Below, piece after piece: positions 27,257 to 38,248 of a DNA stretch of 64,000 nucleotides. Source of the DNA: Devosia sp. (GTDB lineage Bacteria > Pseudomonadota > Alphaproteobacteria > Rhizobiales > Devosiaceae); NCBI RefSeq assembly GCF_014860165.1, contig NZ_JACZKG010000062.1, positions 46,507-110,506 on the forward strand, written 5' to 3'. The stretch's first letter is position 1; each line of letters begins with the position of its first letter. Under the pieces are notes generated by a model. That model saw only the letters and a program-made list of their open reading frames with translations. It ran no database searches and was not told the DNA's origin. Made by a program: the position numbers and the translations under genes.

Positions 27257-28888
27257 TCAGCCCTTGTTCGCCAGATAATAGGCCAGCAGGCCCTGGGTGG
27301 AGCTGTCATGCCCCTCCCCGCTCTGCTTGCCCTCGACCTTGGGCAGCAGCGCCTTGGCCAGTTGCTTGCCCAGCTCCACGCCCCACTGGTCATAGGAATT
27401 GACGTTCCAGATCACGCCCTGGGTGAACACTTTGTGCTCGTAGAGCGCGACCAGGGAGCCCAGGGTCTCCGGCGTCAGCTGCTCGTAAAACAGCGTGTTG
27501 GAGGGGCGGTTGCCCGGGAACATCTTGTGCGGGGTCAGTTCCTTGATCTTGGCCTTGTCGAGGCCCTGCGCCTTGAGCTCGGCCACGACCTCGGCCTTGG
27601 TCTTGCCAAGCATCAGCGCCTCGGACTGCGCCAGAACGTTCGCTACGAGCTTGTCGTGATGCGGCGGCAGGCTTTCATGGGGCCTGGCGGCGATCAGGAA
27701 ATCGCAGGGAATGACGTCGGTACCCTGATGGATGAGCTGGTAGAAGGCGTGCTGTCCATTGGTGCCCGGTTCGCCCCAGACGATGGGGCCGGTGGACCAG
27801 CCGACGGGCTTGCCCGACAGCGTGACCGACTTGCCGTTGCTCTCCATATCCTGCTGCTGCAGGTAGGCAGCAAAACGGCTGAGGCGCTGGTCATAGGGCA
27901 GCACGGCATGGGTCGAGAAGCCCCATGCATTTCGATACCACACGCCGAGTACGGCCATGATCACAGGCAAATTGTCTTCGAGCGGCGCCGACAGGAAATG
28001 CCGGTCCATGGCGTCGGCGCCCTTGAGGAAGCCGAGGAAATTGTCGTAACCGACGGCCAGCGCAATCGGCAGGCCGATGGCCGACCACACCGAATAGCGC
28101 CCGCCGACCCAGTCCCAGAAGCCGAAAATGCGGTCTTCGCGAATGCCGAACTTGGCGCAGGCAGGAATATTGGTCGAGACGGCCGCGAAATGGTTGGGCA
28201 CGGCCTCTTCGCCCAGCGTATCGGCGATCCAGTCGCGCGCCGAGCCGGCATTGGTCATGGTCTCGTCGGTGGTGAAGGTCTTGGACGCGACGATGAACAG
28301 CGTCGTCCTGGGGTTCAGGCGCTTGAGCACATCGTGGATGTGGGCGCCGTCGACGTTGGAGACGTAGTGGGCGCGGAGGTCTGCCCTGGTATAGGGCTCG
28401 AGCGCCAGGGTCACCATGGCCGGTCCGAGGTCCGAACCGCCGATGCCGATATTGACGATGTCGGTGAACTGCTCGCCGCCGTGACCGCGGATTTCCCCTG
28501 AGCGGACAGCGTCCGTATAGGTTTTGATCGCGGCCAGCACCCCGCGCACGTCGGGCATCACGTCCTTGCCATCGACCGGCACCGGCTTGTCGCCCTGGTA
28601 GCGCAGGGCCATGTGCATCACGGCGCGGTCTTCGGTGATGTTGATATGCTCGCCTTCGCACATCTGGTCGCGGCGTTCCTCGACGCCGGCTGCTCGAGCC
28701 AGGTCGAACAGGGCGGCCATGACATCGCCGTCGATGCGGTTCTTGGAATAGTCGAGCAGGATGCCGGCGCCTGATGCGGAATAGCGCTGGAAGCGGTTGG
28801 GGTCGATGGCGAACTGCTCGCGCATCGTCACATCGTCCAGACGCTTGCGATGTTTCATCAACGCGTTGAGAGCGGAGCCTTTAGCCAT
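27257..28888 (-). CDS. pgi: Glucose-6-phosphate isomerase
   Basis: 543 aa from [15 protein letters not shown], with motifs [24 protein letters not shown] and [18 protein letters not shown]. Confidence 0.95.
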   Translation of the reverse strand: MAKGSALNALMKHRKRLDDVTMREQFAIDPNRFQRYSASGAGILLDYSKNRIDGDVMAALFDLARAAGVEERRDQMCEGEHINITEDRAVMHMALRYQGDKPVPVDGKDVMPDVRGVLAAIKTYTDAVRSGEIRGHGGEQFTDIVNIGIGGSDLGPAMVTLALEPYTRADLRAHYVSNVDGAHIHDVLKRLNPRTTLFIVASKTFTTDETMTNAGSARDWIADTLGEEAVPNHFAAVSTNIPACAKFGIREDRIFGFWDWVGGRYSVWSAIGLPIALAVGYDNFLGFLKGADAMDRHFLSAPLEDNLPVIMAVLGVWYRNAWGFSTHAVLPYDQRLSRFAAYLQQQDMESNGKSVTLSGKPVGWSTGPIVWGEPGTNGQHAFYQLIHQGTDVIPCDFLIAARPHESLPPHHDKLVANVLAQSEALMLGKTKAEVVAELKAQGLDKAKIKELTPHKMFPGNRPSNTLFYEQLTPETLGSLVALYEHKVFTQGVIWNVNSYDQWGVELGKQLAKALLPKVEGKQSGEGHDSSTQGLLAYYLANKG

Positions 28889-28898
28889 CAGCTTTTCC

Positions 28899-30026
28899 TT
28901 ACAGCACAGGCAGGTCACCCGCGGCCCATGCCGCGCGCGTCTCTGCCGCAAAATCGTTGAAACGGCCGCCCTCGATTGCACCCCGGCAGCCCTGCACCAG
29001 CTCTTGATAATAGGCCAGGTTGATCTGGGAAAGGATCATCGCGCCTAAAATCTCTTCTGTCTTAACGAGATGGTGGAGATAGGCCCGGCTCCATCGCCGG
29101 CAATTGGGATTGGGCGAGGCCTCGTCAATGGGACGGTGATCATCCCTATGCCGGGCGTTTTTCAGATTGATGACGCCGAAGCGGGTATAGACATGGCCGT
29201 GCCGGCCGGCGCGGGTCGGGTGCACGCAGTCGAACATGTCGATGCCGCGGCCAATGGCGCCCAGGATATCATCGGGCTTGCCGACGCCCATCAGGTAGCG
29301 TGGGCGGTCCGTGGGAAGTTCGGGCGTGATCTCCTCGATCACGCGGAACATGACGTCCTGCGGCTCGCCCACGGCGAGGCCACCAACGGCATAGCCGTCA
29401 AAGCCGATGGATTTGAGCCCCTGCGCCGATCGTGCGCGCAGTTCCGGATCGTCCCCGCCCTGCACGATGCCGAACAGCGCCCGGTTGAGCTGATTGTTGA
29501 AGGCGGCCTTGGAGCGGTCGGCCCAGCGGAGCGACAGCTGCATGGCGCGCTCCATCTCCTTGCGCTCGGCCGGCAGCTTCAGGCACTCGTCGAGCTGCAT
29601 GATGATGTCGCTGTCGAGCAGCGTCTGAATCTCGATGGAGCGCTCGGGCGTCAGTTCATGGGATGAGCCGTCAATATGGCTGCGGAAGGTCACGCCCTTC
29701 TCGGTCAGCTTGCGCAGTTGCGCCAGCGACATCACCTGGAAGCCGCCGCTATCGGTGAGGATCGGCCGCTGCCAATCCATGAAGTCGTGCAGGCCACCCT
29801 GCGAGGCGACGCGCTCGGCGCCGGGGCGCAGCATCAGGTGATAGGTATTGCCGAGCAGGATATCGGCGCCGGTCTCGCGCACCTGTTCGGGATACATGGC
29901 CTTGACGGTGCCGGCGGTCCCCACGGGCATGAAGGCCGGTGTCTGGATATCGCCGCGCGGCGTATCGATCCGCCCGCGCCGCGCCATGCCATCGGTGGCC
30001 GAAAGGGTGAAGGTGACTTGTTTCAT
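28899..30026 (-). CDS. tgt: tRNA-guanine transglycosylase (queuine tRNA-ribosyltransferase)
   Basis: [29 protein letters not shown] and GLAVGE motifs. Confidence 0.95.
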   Translation of the reverse strand: MKQVTFTLSATDGMARRGRIDTPRGDIQTPAFMPVGTAGTVKAMYPEQVRETGADILLGNTYHLMLRPGAERVASQGGLHDFMDWQRPILTDSGGFQVMSLAQLRKLTEKGVTFRSHIDGSSHELTPERSIEIQTLLDSDIIMQLDECLKLPAERKEMERAMQLSLRWADRSKAAFNNQLNRALFGIVQGGDDPELRARSAQGLKSIGFDGYAVGGLAVGEPQDVMFRVIEEITPELPTDRPRYLMGVGKPDDILGAIGRGIDMFDCVHPTRAGRHGHVYTRFGVINLKNARHRDDHRPIDEASPNPNCRRWSRAYLHHLVKTEEILGAMILSQINLAYYQELVQGCRGAIEGGRFNDFAAETRAAWAAGDLPVL

Positions 30027-30073
30027 GCGGCGCGTTCTAGCGGGTTGATCCCGCCGAAGGAAGGCCCCCGCGG

Positions 30074-31162
30074 CTACAAGCCGTCATCCTCAGGCGCATC
30101 CTGCTCCGCGCGCAGAAGCAGCGACGAATCGCCGTAGGAATAGAACCGATACCGCTCCGCGATCGCATGGGCATAGGCCCGCTTCATGACATCCATGCCC
30201 GAAAAGGCGCTGACCAGCATGAACAGGGTCGATTTGGGTAGGTGGAAATTGGTCATCAGCACATCGACCGTCCGGAAGCGGAAGCCGGGGGTGATGAAGA
30301 TATCGGTATCGCCCATGAAGGGCTGCAGCGTGCCAGATGCCCGCGACGCCGTTTCGAGCAGGCGCAGGCTGGTGGTGCCGACGGCGACCACCCGGCCGCC
30401 CAACGCCTTCTTGACGCGGATGCGTTCGACCGTCGCCGCATCGATCTCGCCCCATTCGGCATGCATGACATGGTCGTCGGTATCGTCCACCTTCATGGGC
30501 AGGAAGGTCCCTGCCCCCACATGCAGCGTCACGCGCTCGATGGTGACGCCCTTTTCGGTCAGTTGCTGCAGCAGGCTTTCGGTGAAATGGAGGCCCGCCG
30601 TAGGCGCGGCCACGGCGCCGTCCTCGGCCGCATAGACGGTCTGGTAGTCGACCAGGTCACGCTCCTCCACGTCGCGCTTGGCGCCGATATAGGGCGGCAG
30701 CGGCATGGCGCCATGCGACTTGATGGCCTCGTCGAGCTGGGCGCCACCCAGTTCGAATTCCAGCGTCACTTCGCCGGTATCGCCCTTGCCGGCAACCCGC
30801 GCCACCAGCGCGTCGGCCTCGCCATTGCCCAATTCCAGCCGATCCAGCAATGCCAGCTTCTTGGCGGGCCGGGCAAAGGCGCGCCAGGTGTGGGCGTCGA
30901 CGCGCTTGTGCAGGTTGAACGACACGTTGGCGCGGTTCTCGCCACGCAGCCGGGTGCCGCGCAGTTCGGCCGGCAGCACGCGTGTGTCATTGACCACAAG
31001 CACGTCGCCGGCCTTCAGCAGCCACAGGAGGTCAGGCACATGCCGGTCCGACAGGCCGACTGCAGGGTCCACCACTAGCAGGCGCGCAGAATCGCGCGGC
31101 TCGGCCGGGTGCAGGGCAATGAGCTTCTCGGGCAGGTCGAAGTCGAAATCTGAAACGCGCAT
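30074..31162 (-). CDS. queA: S-adenosylmethionine:tRNA ribosyltransferase-isomerase
   Basis: [34 protein letters not shown] and [16 protein letters not shown] motifs. Confidence 0.95.
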   Translation of the reverse strand: MRVSDFDFDLPEKLIALHPAEPRDSARLLVVDPAVGLSDRHVPDLLWLLKAGDVLVVNDTRVLPAELRGTRLRGENRANVSFNLHKRVDAHTWRAFARPAKKLALLDRLELGNGEADALVARVAGKGDTGEVTLEFELGGAQLDEAIKSHGAMPLPPYIGAKRDVEERDLVDYQTVYAAEDGAVAAPTAGLHFTESLLQQLTEKGVTIERVTLHVGAGTFLPMKVDDTDDHVMHAEWGEIDAATVERIRVKKALGGRVVAVGTTSLRLLETASRASGTLQPFMGDTDIFITPGFRFRTVDVLMTNFHLPKSTLFMLVSAFSGMDVMKRAYAHAIAERYRFYSYGDSSLLLRAEQDAPEDDGL

Positions 31163-31333
31163 GAGGGCTGGTTAGCACTGACGGTCTGCCAGCGAAATCC
31201 ACCACGCTGCACCGGGTTGCCGGAGCGGCGCAGGAAAGCCGCAGTGTTGCAGGAATGCGCTAGTCGCCCAGCGTACTGTTCACCGTCTGGATGGTCAGGC
31301 CGCTCGATGGTCAGCGGCGTCCCTTGCCAGCAG

Positions 31334-31792
31334 CTAGAGTGTCCGAACCATCAGGGCGCCAGCAACGATCAACGCCGCTCCGGCCAGCCGGCCCACTGAA
31401 ATTTCACGCACCGCCATGCCCATGAAGCCCACCTTGTCCAGCAGCATGCCGCCAATCAGTTGGCCCGCCACTGAAAGCGCCATGACGGCAGCCGCCCCGA
31501 TCATCGGCGTCAGGGTGATGTTGGAGAACACGTAGAATGCACCGAGCACGCCACCAGCGACAAAGGTCCAGGGTGCCGGTGCGCCGAACGCAATGGGTGT
31601 CGATGTCACCACGCTCTGGCCGAAGGCGAGAACCCACAGCAGGATCGCCCCGGCGACAAACGACACGCCTGCCGCTGCGACTGGCACACCCAGGTTGCGG
31701 CCTAGCTGGGCGTTGATCGGCGCCTGGGTGGCAATGCACGCACCAGCAACGACGCCCATCAGCGCCCAGAGCACTGTATCCATTTTCATCAA
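31334..31792 (-). CDS. DMT-superfamily membrane protein (DUF606 / YdcZ-like)
   Basis: 152 aa with five hydrophobic segments; QAPINAQLGRNLG near the N-terminus is typical of DUF606. Confidence 0.7.
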   Translation of the reverse strand: MMKMDTVLWALMGVVAGACIATQAPINAQLGRNLGVPVAAAGVSFVAGAILLWVLAFGQSVVTSTPIAFGAPAPWTFVAGGVLGAFYVFSNITLTPMIGAAAVMALSVAGQLIGGMLLDKVGFMGMAVREISVGRLAGAALIVAGALMVRTL

Positions 31793-31893
31793 ACAGCCTG
31801 ATCTGATCGGACACTGTGGAGCAGGTCCAGACGGAGAGGCGTCAATCTAGAAACCGATTCCGCTCCAGGCGCAAACGGCTCGCAGCGGGCGCC

Positions 31894-32301
31894 TCAGGTT
31901 GCGTCGCAGGCCACGGCCCAGACACCCTGCCCCGGTATGCGGAGCGTTCCGGCAAGCACGACCATGTCGCCTTCCTCGGCGCGGCTGAGGCGCAATTCGG
32001 CGACGCGCTCACTCAGGTTTTCGTCGAACAGGTCGACCTGCAGCGTCCGCGCATCCGCAAACCCCTGCCCCATGGTGATCGGGGCGCCCTCGCCATAGGC
32101 CTCGCCCGAGGTCCAGTGCATGGTCTTGTGGCGCATGGTGATCGCCGCCGGCATGAAGGCGTCGACCGATCCGAGCAGGAAGCCCACCTCGACCACCGCC
32201 TCGGTGTCTCCGCAATACATCCACTCGGTCGCGTGCGACGCCGCCACTGACCCCAACACAACCAATCCGACCGCCAGGCCGCGCAATACAGGGTTTCTCA
32301 T
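31894..32301 (-). CDS. Hypothetical secreted protein (135 aa), paralogue of the adjacent gene
   Basis: Signal peptide MRNPVLRGLAVGLVVLGSVAASHA, Cys near both mature ends (YCGDTEAVVEV ... WAVACDAT) and a shared GEGxPIxxGQxF core with the upstream gene. Confidence 0.55.
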   Translation of the reverse strand: MRNPVLRGLAVGLVVLGSVAASHATEWMYCGDTEAVVEVGFLLGSVDAFMPAAITMRHKTMHWTSGEAYGEGAPITMGQGFADARTLQVDLFDENLSERVAELRLSRAEEGDMVVLAGTLRIPGQGVWAVACDAT

Positions 32302-32303
32302 GG

Positions 32304-32696
32304 TCAGCCCGCCATGCAGGCGATGTCGGCGGTCTTGTCGCCGATGGTTACCGTGCCGGCCAGCGGCTCGTCCTCGTTGCCGGTATAGGTCAGGCGAACC
32401 TTGACGAGGATTTCCTCGTAGTTGGGATCGACGAAGTCGGTCTTGATGCCGTCGTCGTCGCCAAAGGCCTGGCCGGTCGCGATCGGGATACCCTCGCCGC
32501 GTTCCGGACCGGTGGAATAGGTGGTGCCATCCATATCGACGAAGGCGCCCAATACGCCAACCACCACAAGCCGGCCAAGTGCCACGTCCACCGTCGCGCC
32601 CTCGCCGCTGCACATCAGGCCCTCGCTGGCCTGCGCGCCCGTTGCCAGCACAAGCATGCCCGCGATTGCCGCCAGTCTGCGCGATATCCCCTTCAT
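32304..32696 (-). CDS. Hypothetical secreted protein (130 aa), paralogue of the adjacent gene
   Basis: Signal peptide MKGISRRLAAIAGMLVLATGAQA, then MCSGEGATVDV ... ADIACMAG. The stop lies 2 nt before the next start. Confidence 0.55.
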   Translation of the reverse strand: MKGISRRLAAIAGMLVLATGAQASEGLMCSGEGATVDVALGRLVVVGVLGAFVDMDGTTYSTGPERGEGIPIATGQAFGDDDGIKTDFVDPNYEEILVKVRLTYTGNEDEPLAGTVTIGDKTADIACMAG

Positions 32697-32854
32697 CTCA
32701 ATCTCCCGACCCATTGCTTCGTATTCGGCGGGCCTTCAAGCAGAGCCTACATGAATGACCGGTGAACAGAAGAAAAAGTGGCGGCACACCTGACAGTGGG
32801 CCGCCCCGGGATAGTCGTTTGGGCGGCCATGTTGGCCGCCCAGGATAGCGATGG

Positions 32855-33334
32855 TTAGGCGGCGATATCGGCCGCGACCTTGACCGAAAGCATCTTGTCC
32901 GGGTTGATCACCGGCTCGCCGCGCTTGATCTGGTCGACATTGTCCATGCCCTCGATCACCTTGCCCCAGACGGTGTACTGCTTGTTGAGGAAGGGCGCAT
33001 CGCCGAAGCAGATGAAGAACTGCGAATTGGCCGAATCCGGGTTCTGGGCGCGGGCCATGGAGGCAGTGCCGCGAACATGCGGCTCGGCATTGAATTCCTG
33101 CTTCAGGTCCGGGTACTTCGAACCACCGGTGCCGCGGCCCTGCGGGCAGCCGGTCTGGGCCATGAAGCCGTCGATCACGCGGTGAAACACGATGCCGTCA
33201 TAGAAACCTTCGCGCGCCAGCTTCTTGATGTGGGCGACATGGTTTGGCGCCAGGTCGGGACGCATCTCGATAACGACATTGCCCTTGGTAGTTTCGATGA
33301 CGAGGGTGTTTTCGGGATCGGCGTATTCGGCCAT
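32855..33334 (-). CDS. ppiB: Peptidyl-prolyl cis-trans isomerase, cyclophilin type (cytoplasmic)
   Basis: FHRVIDGFMAQTGCP, SMARAQNPDSANSQFFI and VWGKVIEGMD motifs; start at MAEYADPENT. Confidence 0.9.
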   Translation of the reverse strand: MAEYADPENTLVIETTKGNVVIEMRPDLAPNHVAHIKKLAREGFYDGIVFHRVIDGFMAQTGCPQGRGTGGSKYPDLKQEFNAEPHVRGTASMARAQNPDSANSQFFICFGDAPFLNKQYTVWGKVIEGMDNVDQIKRGEPVINPDKMLSVKVAADIAA

Positions 33335-33426
33335 GGATCTGACTTTCTGGTTGGGGATTGTGGCCCGCATGTAAGGCCATTGGGCTGATGGTGCAAGGTT
33401 GCGCGAGCGTCGGGGCATCCCCGGTC

Positions 33427-33512
33427 GCCACCCTCGGTCTTGACCCCGGGGGCTCTGCACTTACCGGGCGCCTAAGAAAGTGAAGTGCCCTCGGGTCAGG
33501 CCCGAGGGTGAC
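33427..33512. repeat. 86-bp nested-palindrome element, same family as 21509-21591
   Basis: Arms are GCCACCCTCGGTCTTGACCCCGGGGGC and GCCCTCGGGTCAGGCCCGAGGGTGAC. The internal segment shares CTGCACTT..AGTGAAGT with the other copy. It lies between the two cyclophilin genes. Confidence 0.7.
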
Positions 33513-33552
33513 GCGCGGTGGGTTTGGGAACGGTGAGCCGCTCCCCAAGCCC

Positions 33553-34140
33553 TCACTTATATTCGATCTTCGCCTTGATGATCTGGTCCGGGTTGGCCAC
33601 GGCGCCGTTCTGCTCGGCCGGGCCCTTTGCGAGGCCATCCACCAGTTCCATGCCGCTGACGACCTTGCCGAACACGGTGTACTGGCCGTCAAGGAAGCTG
33701 GCATCGGCGGTGGTGATGAAGAACTGCGAGTTGAAGGAGTTCGGATCCTGCGAGCGCGCCGCGCCGAGCACGCCGCGCTGGAAGCTCTCGGCGTTGAATT
33801 CGGCTTGGACGTCGGGCAGGTCGGAACCGCCCATGCCGGCCATGGTGAGGTCAAATTCCTCGCCGCCGGTCTTGCCGAACTTCACGTCGCCCGTCTGGGC
33901 CATGAAGCCGTCGATGACGCGGTGGAACACCACGCCGTCATAGGCCCCCTCCTTCGTCAGCGCGACCACGCGCTCGACATGCTTGGGCGCCAGGGCAGGA
34001 AGCAGCTCGATGTCAACATCGCCACCCTTGATAGTGAGGATCAGGTGCGGGGTACCGGTCTGGGCGATGGCAGGCATGGCGGACAGCGCCACGGCGCCGA
34101 TGACGAGGGCGCCGAAGAGGCGACGGGTAAGGGCAATCAT
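33553..34140 (-). CDS. ppiA: Peptidyl-prolyl cis-trans isomerase, cyclophilin type (periplasmic, signal peptide)
   Basis: Signal peptide MIALTRRLFGALVIGAVALSAMPAIAQ, then FHRVIDGFMAQTGD and NSQFFITT motifs. Confidence 0.9.
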   Translation of the reverse strand: MIALTRRLFGALVIGAVALSAMPAIAQTGTPHLILTIKGGDVDIELLPALAPKHVERVVALTKEGAYDGVVFHRVIDGFMAQTGDVKFGKTGGEEFDLTMAGMGGSDLPDVQAEFNAESFQRGVLGAARSQDPNSFNSQFFITTADASFLDGQYTVFGKVVSGMELVDGLAKGPAEQNGAVANPDQIIKAKIEYK

Positions 34141-34631
34141 TTGCTTTTCAGGGCTTTCAGAACGATTTGCGGAACGAAGGCGGAAATATCGCCGCCCATT
34201 TCAGCGATCTGGCGCACCAATGTGGCCGAGATATGCCGCACGGGCGGGCTCGAGGGCAGAAACACCGTCTGCAGGTCGGGCGCCATCTGCGCGTTCATGC
34301 CCACCATCTGCATTTCATAATTGTAGTCGGTAGTGTCGCGCAGGCCGCGGATGATCAGTTTGGCGCCATGCTCGCGGGCGGCGTTGACCATGAGCCCGCT
34401 GAAATCGACGATGCGAAACTCGGTATCGGTCCGCTTGCCAACCGGCGCCAGCGCCTGTTCGAGGATGGCGATACGGTCTTCATGGGCAAAGAGCGGACTT
34501 TTCTTGGTGGCGCTGATGCCGACGGCAACGACCAGAGTATCCACCAGCTTGCAGGCCCGCTCGATCACGTCGAGATGCCCGTTGGTCAGCGGATCGAATG
34601 AGCCCGGATAGAACCCAACCAGCTTGCTCAT
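34137..34631 (-). CDS. coaD: Phosphopantetheine adenylyltransferase
   Basis: YPGSFDPLTNGHLDVIERA and ISATLVRQI motifs; 4-nt overlap with ppiA. Confidence 0.95.
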   Translation of the reverse strand: MSKLVGFYPGSFDPLTNGHLDVIERACKLVDTLVVAVGISATKKSPLFAHEDRIAILEQALAPVGKRTDTEFRIVDFSGLMVNAAREHGAKLIIRGLRDTTDYNYEMQMVGMNAQMAPDLQTVFLPSSPPVRHISATLVRQIAEMGGDISAFVPQIVLKALKSK

Positions 34632-34700
34632 GGCGCCCTCCCCCGTTGTTGTTGCAAGGGTTTTGTCATGGGCCGGGATTCATGGCAAGGCGCGGACGGC

Positions 34701-35321
34701 CTAAGCCCGCTTCTGCAATGCCAGCCAGACGCCGCCGGTCATCAGGATCAGCCCGGAAACGCGCGAAATGACGCGGACCCGCGCTGCACTCAGCAGGCCA
34801 CGGGCGCGGCCCGCCACGATGGCATAGATCGCGTCAGTCGAGCCGGCGACGAGCATGAAGAACAGCCCCAGGATCATTACCTGCGGGAAAGTCGGCTGCG
34901 TCACGTCAACGAACTGCGGCAGGAAGGCACCGAGGAAAATCAGTGCCTTGGGGTTGGACAGGATGACGAGGAACCCCTCGACGGCCATGGCCAGCCGCGA
35001 CTTGGTCCTTTCGGCCCGGGCCTCGCCGAGTTCGCCGTTCGACCGCCACATCTTCCAGCCCAGCCAGACCAGATAGGCGGCGCCGATCAGTTTGATCCAG
35101 TCGAAGGCCCAGCCCATGAAGGCCACCAGCGCCTGCATGCCCAGGGCGACGACCAGCGTCATCACAAGGAAGCCTGCCTGCGTGCCGGCCACGATGGCCA
35201 GGCCCGCACCGGTGCCGCGCGCCAGCGCATTGGCGACGATGACCGTCACCGTGGGGCCGGGCACGATAGCCAGCAGGAAGCAGGCGCCGAGATAGGGAAT
35301 GAGCGTGGTGAGGTCGAACAT
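34701..35321 (-). CDS. LysE-family amino acid/homoserine lactone efflux translocator
   Basis: 206 aa; N-terminus [10 protein letters not shown] and [15 protein letters not shown] are typical of the LysE/RhtB family. Confidence 0.85.
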   Translation of the reverse strand: MFDLTTLIPYLGACFLLAIVPGPTVTVIVANALARGTGAGLAIVAGTQAGFLVMTLVVALGMQALVAFMGWAFDWIKLIGAAYLVWLGWKMWRSNGELGEARAERTKSRLAMAVEGFLVILSNPKALIFLGAFLPQFVDVTQPTFPQVMILGLFFMLVAGSTDAIYAIVAGRARGLLSAARVRVISRVSGLILMTGGVWLALQKRA

Positions 35322-35419
35322 GGCAGGGACTCCTTGGACAGGAGCAAGCCACCGGGCTGCGCGATTGGCAAGAGGCGAGGCCCGGAAACGAAAGGGGCGC
35401 CAAACGGCGCCCCTGATGC

Positions 35420-38161
35420 TTATTCGGCAACCGGCGCCTCGGGTGGCAGATCCTCGTCGCCTTCCGGCTCGCTGATGTGCTCCACCGACATCACCTTCTC
35501 GCCCTCGGCCGTATCAAAGACGATGACGCCCTGGCTGCCACGGCTGACGATGCGGATCGGCTTGTCGCCGCCGACGGGCAGGCGGATGGTCTGGCCGCCG
35601 TCGCTGATCAGCATGATCTGGTCGGTATCTTCCACCGGGAAGCTCGAGACCAGGTTGCCGTTGCGCTTGTTGACCGCCATGGCGACGATGCCTTTGCCGC
35701 CACGTCCGGTGATCCGGTATTCGTGGCTCGAGGTGCGCTTGCCATAGCCGTTTTCGGAGATGGTGAGGATGAACTGCTCCTGCGCACCCATCTTGGCGTA
35801 GAGTTCCTGGTCGAGCTCGCCTGCCTCGACGCCGGCTTCATCGGCTGCGGCATCCTCGGCCTCGGTCTCGCCGCGCATCGCACGGCTGCGCTTGAGATAG
35901 GCAGCGCGCTGCTCGGCCGTCGCGTCGGAGTGGTTGATCACGGCCATGGAGATGACCTTGTCACCCTCGCCCAGCTGGATGCCGCGCACGCCCATGGAAT
36001 CGCGGCCCTTGAACACGCGGACGTCGTCCACCGGGAAGCGGATGGCCTGGCCCTGCGCGGTGGTCAGCAGCACGTCGTCATTGGCTGTCGCGGTCTCGAC
36101 GCCGACGATCTGGTCGCCCTCGTCGAGCTTCATGGCGATCTTGCCGTTCTGGCGCACCTCGACGAAGTCGGCCAGCGAGTTGCGGCGGACGGTGCCGCGC
36201 GTGGTGGCGAACATGATGTCGAGATTTGCCCAGGTCGTCTCGTCCTCGGGCAGCGGCATGATGGTGGTCAGCCGTTCGCCCTGCTCGAGCGGCAGGATGT
36301 TGATCAGCGCCTTGCCGCGCGCATTGGCCTGGGCCAGCGGCAGGCGCCAGACCTTGAGCTTGTAGGCGATGCCACGGTCGGTGAAGAACAGCACCGGCGT
36401 ATGCGTATTGGCCACGAACAGGCGGCTGACGAAATCTTCCTCGCGCGTCGCCATGCCGGAGCGGCCCTTGCCGCCACGGTTCTGCGCCCGATAGGTCGAG
36501 AGCGGCACGCGCTTGATGTAGCCCTCATGCGACACGGTCACCACCATGTCCTCGCGGGCGATCAGGTCCTCGTCGTCGAAATCGCCAACCACGTCGGAGA
36601 TTTCGGTGCGGCGCGGCGTGGCGAACTGCTCCTTGATCTCGGTCAGCTCGTTGCGGATGATCTCGACCACCCGCTCCCGAGAGCGCAGGATTTCGAGGTA
36701 ATCGGCAATCTCGACGCCCAGGCCGTTGAGCTCTTCGCCGATTTCATCGCGGCCAAGAGCGGTCAGGCGCGCCAGGCGCAGTTCGAGAATGGCGCGGGCC
36801 TGTTCCTCGGAGAGGTTGAAGGTGCCGTCCTCATTGATGCGGTGGCGCGGATCGTCGATCAGCGCGATCAGCGGCTCGACATCCTGTGCCGGCCAGCGGC
36901 GGGTCATCAACTGCTCGCGCGCCGTCGCCGGATCGGGCGCGGTGCGGATCAGGGCAATGACTTCGTCGATATTGGCGACGGCCACAGCCAGGCCGACCAG
37001 GATGTGGGCGCGGTCACGGGCCTTGTTGAGCAGGAAGCGCGCACGGCGCGTCACCACTTCATGGCGGAAATCAATAAACGCCTGCAACATCTCGCGCAGG
37101 TTCATCAATTGCGGCTTGCCGCCGTTCAACGCCACGAAATTGCAACCGAACGAGGACTGCAGCGCGGTGTAACGATAGAGCTGGTTCAACACCACATCAG
37201 CCAGGGCATCGCGCTTGATCTCTATGACGACGCGCATGCCTTCGCGGGAGGACTCGTCCCGCATGTCAGAAATGCCTTCGACACGCTTCTCGCGGACCAG
37301 CTCGGCGATCTTTTCGACCAGCGTCGCCTTGTTCACCTGATAGGGCAGCTCGGTGATGACGAGAGCTTCGCGTTCCTTGCGGATCTCCTCGACAGCGACG
37401 CGGCCGCGCACCAGGATCGAGCCACGCCCTGTCTCATAAGCCGCGCGAATGCCGGCCCGGCCCAGAATGATGCCCGCGGTCGGGAAGTCCGGACCCGGCA
37501 GCACCTGCAGCAGTTCCTCGGTCGTCACCTGCTCGTTGTCGAGCATCAGCAGCGCCGCATCGATGGTCTCGCCGAGATTGTGCGTGGGCACATTGGTCGC
37601 CATGCCGACCGCGATGCCGCTGCCGCCGTTGACCAGCATGTTGGGGAAGCGCGCTGGCAGCACCGAGGGCTCCTTCTCGGAGCCATCATAGTTGTCGCGG
37701 AAGTTCACCGTGTCCTTGTCGAGGTCGTCGAGCATGGAATTGGTGATCTTCTGCATGCGCACTTCGGTATAGCGCATGGCAGCCGGCATATCGCCGTCGA
37801 CCGAGCCGAAATTACCCTGCCCTTCCACCAGGAGCTCTCCCATGGAGAAGTCCTGCGCCATGCGCACCAAGGCCATATAGACGGCCACGTCGCTATGGGG
37901 GTGGTACTTACCGATGACGTCGCCAACAACGCGGGCCGATTTGCGATATGGCTTGTTGTACTCGTAGCCGTTCTCGCTCATCGAGAACAGGATGCGCCGG
38001 TGCACCGGCTTGAGGCCATCGCGCACGTCGGGCAGCGCGCGGCTCACGATCACGCTCATCGCATAATCGAGGTACGACTTGCGCATCTCATCGGTGATGG
38101 AGATCAGCGAAATGTCGGATGGCGGCAGCCCGCCGGTTCCGGTGTCAGGCGTATCGGTCAC
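35420..38161 (-). CDS. gyrA: DNA gyrase subunit A
   Basis: 913 aa with [47 protein letters not shown] (QRDR region) and C-terminal beta-pinwheel repeats. Confidence 0.97.
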   Translation of the reverse strand: MTDTPDTGTGGLPPSDISLISITDEMRKSYLDYAMSVIVSRALPDVRDGLKPVHRRILFSMSENGYEYNKPYRKSARVVGDVIGKYHPHSDVAVYMALVRMAQDFSMGELLVEGQGNFGSVDGDMPAAMRYTEVRMQKITNSMLDDLDKDTVNFRDNYDGSEKEPSVLPARFPNMLVNGGSGIAVGMATNVPTHNLGETIDAALLMLDNEQVTTEELLQVLPGPDFPTAGIILGRAGIRAAYETGRGSILVRGRVAVEEIRKEREALVITELPYQVNKATLVEKIAELVREKRVEGISDMRDESSREGMRVVIEIKRDALADVVLNQLYRYTALQSSFGCNFVALNGGKPQLMNLREMLQAFIDFRHEVVTRRARFLLNKARDRAHILVGLAVAVANIDEVIALIRTAPDPATAREQLMTRRWPAQDVEPLIALIDDPRHRINEDGTFNLSEEQARAILELRLARLTALGRDEIGEELNGLGVEIADYLEILRSRERVVEIIRNELTEIKEQFATPRRTEISDVVGDFDDEDLIAREDMVVTVSHEGYIKRVPLSTYRAQNRGGKGRSGMATREEDFVSRLFVANTHTPVLFFTDRGIAYKLKVWRLPLAQANARGKALINILPLEQGERLTTIMPLPEDETTWANLDIMFATTRGTVRRNSLADFVEVRQNGKIAMKLDEGDQIVGVETATANDDVLLTTAQGQAIRFPVDDVRVFKGRDSMGVRGIQLGEGDKVISMAVINHSDATAEQRAAYLKRSRAMRGETEAEDAAADEAGVEAGELDQELYAKMGAQEQFILTISENGYGKRTSSHEYRITGRGGKGIVAMAVNKRNGNLVSSFPVEDTDQIMLISDGGQTIRLPVGGDKPIRIVSRGSQGVIVFDTAEGEKVMSVEHISEPEGDEDLPPEAPVAE

Positions 38162-38248
38162 TGGGGTGATTCTTGGTTGTTCGAACTGCTCTTTATCTAT
38201 GCGATTCCGGGGAAAATTGCTAATTTTGCCCGGAACTGCCTGTGGAGA

